64,000 nt of DNA from Sulfolobales archaeon (GTDB lineage: Archaea > Thermoproteota > Thermoprotei_A > Sulfolobales > NBVN01): the NCBI GenBank assembly GCA_026419835.1, contig JAOAKQ010000002.1:3440-67439 (forward strand), written 5' to 3'. Shown here piece after piece: positions 57,829 to 64,000 of the stretch. Every line of letters starts with the position of its first letter. The first letter of the stretch is position 1. A program made the translations under genes and the position numbers. The notes under the pieces are model-generated. The model was not told the DNA's origin. It made no database searches and was given only the letters and a program-made list of their open reading frames with translations.

Positions 57829-59217
57829 TTATCGAGATTGTGCGAGTAACGTAGCTGCGAGGCCCGCTACGAGACTTACTACGGGTGCTCCCAAGCTAGC
57901 TACCCACCACTCAACTATTACCCCGGCTATGAGGGCCCACTCCAGTACAATCCTCGATGCGGCACCCAATACTATCGATGCGGCCGCTCCCTGCCAGTTG
58001 AACCTACTCCAGAAGAGCCCCAGAGTAAGGGGCACGAAGAGGCTCGCGAACAGTACGTCGAACGCTAGAGTTAGCCAGTAGAGGACGTCGGCTCTAGCTA
58101 GGCCGGCCCCTATGGCTAGCACTCCCAGCACTACGATAGCGTACCTAGTTATCTTCAGTAGCTCCGCTTCACTCATATCTCTCCTAATCAGGTCCTTGAT
58201 TATGTTCTTCGCCAAGACTATCGATGGCGCTAGAAGCATGCTGTCGGCGTTGCTCATTATTGCCGCCATCAGTCCCGATAGGACCAGTCCCGAGATGCCC
58301 ACCGGCAGGAAGTACTTAACCATCGTTGGGTACGCTAGATTCGGGTCCGGTAGGTCCGGCTCCAGGTACTTCATAACCACGCCGACGACTACCGACGTTA
58401 AGCCAGCTAGGTAGTAGGATATGCCGGCCAGGATGGATGAGTACCCAGCGGTTCTATCGTCTTTAGACGCGTAGACTCTCTGAACTAAGTCCGGAGCCGG
58501 TATGTCTCCTAGCGATAGGACTAGGAAGAGCGCCCAGAAGTTTATGGAGAGCAGGATCCTCGGGTCGAACGCTCCAGCTTCTCCGAGGAGGACTGAGAGT
58601 CTACCCAGACCAACGTAGCCTACTCCTATAGCAATAGCCGCTAGGATACCTGCGAATATCAGTATCAGCTGAACGAAGTCCGTCAACGCCACCGCCCACA
58701 GACCGCCCATTACCGTGTAGGCTACTACAACACCACCGCTAACAATGGTCGAGGTGGCGTAGTCCCACTCGAAGACCGTTGAGAGCAGTACGGCGCCGGC
58801 AACTACCTGAGCCGTAACCGCGAATACGTACGCGACGTACATTATTAACCCCGAGAGCCCCCCTAGCCAAGGCCTTCCGAACCTCTCCGAGTAGTAGTCT
58901 GCTAGAGTGTGGAGCCTCAGCCTCCTAAGGGGACCGGCGTAGAAGAGCCCTAGGAGCACCAGCGTCGACCCGAACCCTATGGTAGTGCCCCACGCACCGA
59001 TCATCCTACCGGCGTACGCTCTAGCGGCAACACCTATCGTTATGCCGCCGCCGATCCAGGTAGCGGCTACCGTGGAGAAGGCTAGCCAGAGCTTGAGTCT
59101 TCTACCAGCTACAGAGAAGTCCTCGAAGCCCCTAGCCATCTTCGTAGTGATGTAGCCTATTGCTACGAGCGCGACCAGGTAGGCTACGAAAATAGCTGCG
59201 TCGACTGTGGCTGGCAT
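57829..59217 (-). CDS. Sodium:solute symporter (SSS family)
   Basis: F.VAGR.L, ATWIGGG, YTVMGGLWAV..TD..Q, QRVYA, AAIMS.ADS. ATG 59217 preferred (ORF track 59310). Confidence 0.92.
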   Translation of the reverse strand: MPATVDAAIFVAYLVALVAIGYITTKMARGFEDFSVAGRRLKLWLAFSTVAATWIGGGITIGVAARAYAGRMIGAWGTTIGFGSTLVLLGLFYAGPLRRLRLHTLADYYSERFGRPWLGGLSGLIMYVAYVFAVTAQVVAGAVLLSTVFEWDYATSTIVSGGVVVAYTVMGGLWAVALTDFVQLILIFAGILAAIAIGVGYVGLGRLSVLLGEAGAFDPRILLSINFWALFLVLSLGDIPAPDLVQRVYASKDDRTAGYSSILAGISYYLAGLTSVVVGVVMKYLEPDLPDPNLAYPTMVKYFLPVGISGLVLSGLMAAIMSNADSMLLAPSIVLAKNIIKDLIRRDMSEAELLKITRYAIVVLGVLAIGAGLARADVLYWLTLAFDVLFASLFVPLTLGLFWSRFNWQGAAASIVLGAASRIVLEWALIAGVIVEWWVASLGAPVVSLVAGLAATLLAQSR

Positions 59218-59503
59218 AACTAACGCCGACCCTAGTTGCAGAGAAAGGCTAATAAGCACTAGAATTAGTAGAACTCCACCGCATGGCACTAGCCGGTCCC
59301 TTAATTCCACCGCTCAGATTCCGCGCCCGGTCCCCCATTCCCTATTGCTCAGACCCTTCCGTACCCCAATTGCTTGTGGGTCTACAGGTCTTGTTTCGAG
59401 AGTACGTAGGTTCTTAACCCCTACGCCGCACACTCGAGGAGACCGTTGGGAATGGCATTTGGCGCTGCCACAGTCCCCGCGGTGCTGCCGCCGAGGCTGG
59501 CAC

Positions 59504-60490
59504 TTATATCGGTAGAGGTGGGAAGCCCTCGCCTAGGGGATCGTCCGGCTCTAGTACTACCGTTGAGTAGCTAGTTAAGTAGCACCCCCTCGCGGCAGTG
59601 GATATCTCGGGGATTACGGCATCGCGCCCGCCCACGGTCACTGTACCCACGATTCTCCCCGTGAACACGGTGTTCACGGCGCTAACGAACTCCACAGACT
59701 CGCGGACTTTCACTGCGTTGATGTGGTGTAGGTAGGCTAGGTGCGCGGAGGAGCCCGTGCCGGAAGGCGATCTATCGAGTAGAGGCCTCTCGGGACTTCC
59801 GAAGATTAGTATTCCGTAGTACTTCGGGGGTCTGCGCGTAACTACCTTCGAGAACCTGAATCCGTAGAGCTCGTGCGGGGAAGCGGACCTAGCCTTCTCG
59901 CCGACTTCTCTCCAGATCTCCTTCGATAGCTCGACTAGATCAAGTAGAGAGCTCGGGTTCCAATCGACCCCCAGCTCGTCGAGGTCTACGACTCCGTACA
60001 GGTTGCCGCCGTAGGCTAGGTGAACGGGGACTCTACCGAACCTAGGTGAAGAGACCTCGGTAGATCCCAGGACGTACGACGGTACGTTCACTAACCTAAC
60101 ACTACCGCCCCGGTCTACGAAGAGCCTTACGAGACCGGCAGCGGTATCTAGAGATACTTCGGCAACTCCGTCGGGGAAGTCTATTGCGCCACTCCTAGCT
60201 AGATAGCACACCAACCCCATGGATGCGTGACCGCACATATCGTGCCACCCGCTGGAATCGAAGAAGAGAGCCCCGTACTGTGCTTCACCGCTGGCGGGAC
60301 TCGTTACGAGAACTCCGTAGGAGCTTCCAGAACCCCTGGGCTCGTAGGTCAGTAGCTTGCGGATCCAGTCCAGGTTTCTCTCGCAGAACTTCTTCTTATC
60401 CACCATGCCAGAGCCCGGGACGCTCGGGGCGAAGACGATCCTAACTGGCATCCCGGCATTGTGAACCTCGATGAAGCTGAGAACCCTCAT
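59504..60490 (-). CDS. Proline racemase/hydroxyproline epimerase-dehydratase superfamily enzyme
   Basis: EPRG, MCGH, AYGGN.Y, DRSPSGTG, P.DPL..GF. Confidence 0.9.
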   Translation of the reverse strand: MRVLSFIEVHNAGMPVRIVFAPSVPGSGMVDKKKFCERNLDWIRKLLTYEPRGSGSSYGVLVTSPASGEAQYGALFFDSSGWHDMCGHASMGLVCYLARSGAIDFPDGVAEVSLDTAAGLVRLFVDRGGSVRLVNVPSYVLGSTEVSSPRFGRVPVHLAYGGNLYGVVDLDELGVDWNPSSLLDLVELSKEIWREVGEKARSASPHELYGFRFSKVVTRRPPKYYGILIFGSPERPLLDRSPSGTGSSAHLAYLHHINAVKVRESVEFVSAVNTVFTGRIVGTVTVGGRDAVIPEISTAARGCYLTSYSTVVLEPDDPLGEGFPPLPI

Positions 60491-60570
60491 ATCAGCTCCG
60501 AACGGGTAACCGCTTTCAAATATTAAATACCGAGCGGTTTTGAGTTAAATAAGAGTCGGGAGACCGCAGT

Positions 60571-60576
60571 AAAAAA
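60571..60576 (-). terminator. Oligo-T tract ending the NSS plus micro-protein operon
   Basis: T6 on minus strand ~22 nt after the stop at 60599. Confidence 0.4.
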
Positions 60577-60598
60577 TTGGGTTAAACTCGTTTTCAGC

Positions 60599-60709
60599 TT
60601 AGGACTTCGCGCCTTTAGATGCCGCGTAGTAGACTGAGAGTAGCCAGAGTATTGTCGTTGCTAGAGCTATTCCGAGAACGAGCCACCAGTCCGTGGGGAA
60701 CGACTGCAC
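60599..60709 (-). CDS. 36-aa single-TM micro-protein
   Basis: GGTGA RBS + 4 nt + GTG; MQSFPTDWWLVLGIALATTILWLLSVYYAASKGAKS. Confidence 0.7.
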   Translation of the reverse strand: MQSFPTDWWLVLGIALATTILWLLSVYYAASKGAKS

Positions 60710-60713
60710 AGTC

Positions 60714-60827
60714 TCACCCCTTCTCGACCTTCCTGATAGTTTTCTCGCTTTCAACGGCTCGGTACCAGGTGTATAGTGAGGCTATGACGAATAGCCAGGC
60801 TATTATGAAGAAGAGTACCCACGCCAC
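60714..60827 (-). CDS. 37-aa single-TM micro-protein
   Basis: GGTGA RBS + 4 nt + GTG; MAWVLFFIIAWLFVIASLYTWYRAVESEKTIRKVEKG. Confidence 0.7.
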   Translation of the reverse strand: MAWVLFFIIAWLFVIASLYTWYRAVESEKTIRKVEKG

Positions 60828-60831
60828 TCTC

Positions 60832-62325
60832 TCACCCAGACTTCTTAAGCTGCTTCTCGATCGACTTACTGACGATGAAGTACATCACGATACCGCCCAG
60901 TACTAGGATCACCATGCCGGGGAAGGTGTAGTAGGTGTGTAGCCCGGCTCCCCAACCTCTAATCCACTCTCCGTAGATTATCCACCAGGCGAAGAACAGT
61001 ATCGGGATGACTATGTTTACTTTAACTAGGTACTCCCACCACTTCCCAAGCTTTACGAAGGGCCTTACGTCCATGTCCGTAGCTCTCTCCCCAACTTTGG
61101 ATATGTCGGTGAAGTACGAAGTTATTAGAGCTATGAAAACCAGCCCTATAGATAGACCTACAACACCCCACACAGTATCGTAGTAGTCTAGCCAGTAGCC
61201 GCTGAGAGCCGTTGGAAGACCGCAGATGAACGCCAGCACGCCGGTAATTAGAGCCGCTTGGGGGGTCTTAATTCCGAAGTCTTTGAGAGGTCTTAGAGCT
61301 ACCTCGTGAATAGTTATTAAGCTAGTGAACGCAGCGAACCAAAACGCGATGAAGAACAGTGCTGCGTAGGCGTGTCCTACGGCACCCATCTTCCTGAAGA
61401 GCTGTGGTAGGACTATGAAGGCCAGGCCTTCGCCAGCGGCCTTAATGTCTTGGTACGGTGTAGCTGAGATTGCGAATATCAGGGGTATTATAGCCGTCCC
61501 AGCCATCCAAGCTACCGCCGTATCGTTGACTACGTTTCCGAAGCTAACGAAGGTCGGGTCGTCGTTTCTCCTCATCCAAGCCCCGGCGCATATGAAGAAG
61601 CCCCACGCAATCCCTATGCTCCATATCACCTGGGATAAGGACTGCATCCAGGTAGATGGGTCCGCCAGGGCTTCCGGTCTAGGTACCATGTAGAACTCCA
61701 GTCCCTTCTCGGCTCCGGGTAGTGTTACCGTGTAGATCGCTAGACCCACGGTGAATATGAAGAGTAGTGGGAACATAAACCTAGCTACCTGCCCAATACC
61801 TCTAATACCGAAAGCCGTCACCAAGATGCTGAGAAACACCATGAAGGCTCCGACACCTAGAGATGCCGGCGTGTAGCCGAAGCCCTTCCAGAACGCGGAT
61901 GCGTCGAATCCGGGAGCGAAGAAGGTCCCGGCTATTGCGTGCAGCATGTAGTAGAATATCCACCCGGTAACTACCCAGTAGTAGCACATTATCATGAAGT
62001 CAGCCCAAGCCATCCACATACCTCCGAAGGCGGCCAGCTTCTTGTGCCTCTCCACTAGATTGAACGGTCCGTGAATAGGCCCTCCGCGCCCGAGCTTACC
62101 TATAGCGTACTCAGCTACTGCTAGCGGAAACGCTACTACTACGAGCCATATTAAGTACGTCAGTAGGAAGCTACCGCCACCGTAATTAGCGGCTCTCCAC
62201 GAAAACCTCCAGTAGTTACCAGCACCGACGGACCACCCCACCGCCGCCATGAGTAGAGCGAAGCTACTCCAGGCACGTTCGAAAGTTCTAGCTATTAATG
62301 ACTGGGGAGATGCGGTTTTCGACAT
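60832..62325 (-). CDS. Sodium-dependent amino acid transporter (NSS/SNF family)
   Basis: VGAGNYWRF, YGGGSFL, GLAFIVLP, FAAFTSLI. Confidence 0.92.
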   Translation of the reverse strand: MSKTASPQSLIARTFERAWSSFALLMAAVGWSVGAGNYWRFSWRAANYGGGSFLLTYLIWLVVVAFPLAVAEYAIGKLGRGGPIHGPFNLVERHKKLAAFGGMWMAWADFMIMCYYWVVTGWIFYYMLHAIAGTFFAPGFDASAFWKGFGYTPASLGVGAFMVFLSILVTAFGIRGIGQVARFMFPLLFIFTVGLAIYTVTLPGAEKGLEFYMVPRPEALADPSTWMQSLSQVIWSIGIAWGFFICAGAWMRRNDDPTFVSFGNVVNDTAVAWMAGTAIIPLIFAISATPYQDIKAAGEGLAFIVLPQLFRKMGAVGHAYAALFFIAFWFAAFTSLITIHEVALRPLKDFGIKTPQAALITGVLAFICGLPTALSGYWLDYYDTVWGVVGLSIGLVFIALITSYFTDISKVGERATDMDVRPFVKLGKWWEYLVKVNIVIPILFFAWWIIYGEWIRGWGAGLHTYYTFPGMVILVLGGIVMYFIVSKSIEKQLKKSG

Positions 62326-62356
62326 ATAGATGCCTCGTGTAGATATGTAAACCGAG

Positions 62357-62373
62357 GTATAAATACTTTATAC
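62357..62373. promoter_or_regulatory. Palindrome GTATAAA-tac-TTTATAC in the divergent promoter region
   Basis: Perfect 7-bp inverted repeat between the NSS gene and the dehydrogenase operon. Confidence 0.45.
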
Positions 62374-62431
62374 GCGTACGGCGCAAGCTTAAAACTTATT
62401 AGCTGTTGGATGGAGTAGTTCTCGGTGGTCT

Positions 62432-63928
62432 ATTTCGCCACGCGATAGGAGAATTTGGGAGCACCCCATAGTATCGTTTAATCGCGGTCGCAAGCTAGCG
62501 ATTCTCTTCGAGGGGCAGCCCGTCGATGCCTACGAGGGGGAGAGCGTTGCTATAGCTATCTACGCTTCAGGTGTGGATACGCTATCGTGGAGTCCCAGCC
62601 TGGGTAGAGCTAGGGGGGCTTTCTGCATGATCGGTAAGTGCAGTAGCTGCTTTATGAAAGTAAACGGGGTTCCAAACGCCAAGACCTGTAGAGAACCCGT
62701 TAGAGAAGGACTGGTCGTTGAGAGGCAGAGAGGGTGGGTCCCACCGGCTGCCGGTGTTGAAGAACTCGGCTCAGTAGAGTTTCGCGAGGTCGAGACGGAC
62801 CTGCTGGTTGTTGGTGGAGGACCGGCGGGGCTTTCAGCGGCTCTAAAAGCATCTGAGTGCGGACTCGACGTAGTTGTTGTGGATGAGCACTTTAAGATAG
62901 GTGGTCAGCTTCTAAAGCAGACACACAAGTTCTTCGGGAGTGTCGAGCTCTTCGGCGGAATGAGGGGTTTCCAAATAGCTGAGGAGTACGCTAGGAGGAT
63001 CGGGTCCAGTGAGAGGATAAGAGTTATACCTAGGTCCGCGGTTTACGGAGTCTTCAGGGGAGGTCTTGTAGGTGTCGTTGGAGAGAACTCTCATTACGTG
63101 ATTAAGCCAAGGGCCGTTGTAGGCTCAACGGGTGCTTCGGAGAGGTACCTCGACTTCGTGAACAACGACCTACCGGGTGTTATAGGTGCTGGAGGAGTTC
63201 AAACAATTATGAACGAGTACGGCGTTAAGCCGGGGGATAGCGCTCTCGTCGTAGGGTCCGGCAACGTGGGCTTGATAGTTGCGTACCAGCTACTCCAGGC
63301 TGGTGTAGCGGTTAGAGCTGTAGTGGAGATACTGCCCGAGATAGGTGGTTGGTTCGTTCACGCAGCTAAGGTGAGGAGGTACGGAGTTCCAATACTTACC
63401 CAGCACACGATCAAAGCGGTGTACGGAAACGGTAAGGTTGAGGAAGCTGAGGTGGTAGCTGTAGATGAGAACTTCAACCCGATACCGGGCTCCGAGAAGA
63501 AGTTCAGAGTAGACCTAGTTCTCCTCGCCGTAGGTCTAGAACCCGATACCCGGCTCTTTTCTCAGTGTGGTGCCGTAATGAAGTGGTCTCCGGATCTCGG
63601 TGGTTTAGTACCTCTGAGAACCCCCGACCTAGAGACTTCCGTTAGGAACCTCTACGTAGCTGGCGATGCTTCCGGTATCGAGGAGGCTACCACGGCAATT
63701 ATGGAGGGTTGGGTAGCGGCACTCTCCGCGGTCTCGAAGCTAGCCGATAAGTCGAGAGCTAGTAGAGCTGAGGAGGAGCTGGAGAAGATAAACAAGTTCC
63801 TGTGGGAGGAGTACAGAGCTTCACCAGTACTCGCTAGAGCTAGGCGTGGAAAGCAATCAGTTACCGTTAGTAGAGAGGAAATGGAGAAGATCAGAGCTGA
63901 GCACCCACCGCACGTTTCTTTTGGGTGA
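62432..63928 (+). CDS. Dye-linked proline/imino-acid dehydrogenase complex alpha subunit (2Fe-2S + FAD; sarcosine oxidase alpha-like)
   Basis: EHPI...AYEGESVA, FCMIGKCSSC...C, GGGPAG, GGQLLKQTHKFFG, YVAGD. Probable ATT start at 62432. Confidence 0.85.
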   Translation: MSPRDRRIWEHPIVSFNRGRKLAILFEGQPVDAYEGESVAIAIYASGVDTLSWSPSLGRARGAFCMIGKCSSCFMKVNGVPNAKTCREPVREGLVVERQRGWVPPAAGVEELGSVEFREVETDLLVVGGGPAGLSAALKASECGLDVVVVDEHFKIGGQLLKQTHKFFGSVELFGGMRGFQIAEEYARRIGSSERIRVIPRSAVYGVFRGGLVGVVGENSHYVIKPRAVVGSTGASERYLDFVNNDLPGVIGAGGVQTIMNEYGVKPGDSALVVGSGNVGLIVAYQLLQAGVAVRAVVEILPEIGGWFVHAAKVRRYGVPILTQHTIKAVYGNGKVEEAEVVAVDENFNPIPGSEKKFRVDLVLLAVGLEPDTRLFSQCGAVMKWSPDLGGLVPLRTPDLETSVRNLYVAGDASGIEEATTAIMEGWVAALSAVSKLADKSRASRAEEELEKINKFLWEEYRASPVLARARRGKQSVTVSREEMEKIRAEHPPHVSFG

Positions 63929-63935
63929 TCGGTCC

Positions 63936-64000
63936 GTGCCCAACTCCTCCTTCAGGAAGACGGGGGTCGTTAGTCCGGAGGAGCTGGCTGCGCTAAACCT
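63936..64000 (+). CDS. Next gene of the operon, partial; probably the 4Fe-4S ferredoxin subunit
   Basis: GGTGA RBS, GTG, MPNSSFRKTGVVSPEEL..., open to window end; identity inferred from context. Confidence 0.55.
   Translation, partial: MPNSSFRKTGVVSPEELAALN

Noticed and set aside
59300-59370. AATAGGGAA / CTGAG motifs resembling cobalamin or TPP riboswitches
   Set aside because: The remaining conserved elements (B12 box; ACCTGA...TAA core) are absent.
60619-60906. 95-aa plus-strand ORF in the track
   Set aside because: Antisense shadow; the two minus-strand micro-ORFs have RBSs and TM character.
1-64000. CRISPR arrays, IS elements, integrases, rRNA, in-frame Sec/Pyl recoding
   Set aside because: None seen on reading; a computational scan was not possible.

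Overview
Gene-dense chromosomal segment from a hyperthermophilic, probably anaerobic, peptide-fermenting crenarchaeon (Thermoproteota, Desulfurococcales/Sulfolobales-like). Indicators are reverse gyrase, POR gamma-delta-alpha-beta, ADP-forming acyl-CoA ligase beta, tRNA-splicing endonuclease structural subunit, deoxyhypusine synthase, L37Ae, EF-1beta, GGTG(A/G) RBSs and many leaderless GTG/TTG starts. Most of it is housekeeping. Features missed by the ORF track: tRNA-Arg(UCG), a box C/D sRNA, two ~36-aa membrane micro-proteins behind an NSS transporter, partial genes at both ends, and several genes that appear to start at non-canonical codons (ATT, CTG, ATC). Best candidate for an undescribed system: a three-gene operon (48210-52107, minus) encoding a signature-less FtsZ/tubulin-fold protein, a polytopic membrane protein with a long helical tail, and a PH-like/helical protein. 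Other notable items are a proline-racemase-family enzyme with an unusual Cys/Ser dyad in an imino-acid catabolic cluster, and a membrane-tethered wHTH protein tail-to-tail with a site-2 protease. All family calls come from reading motifs by eye; no database search was run.
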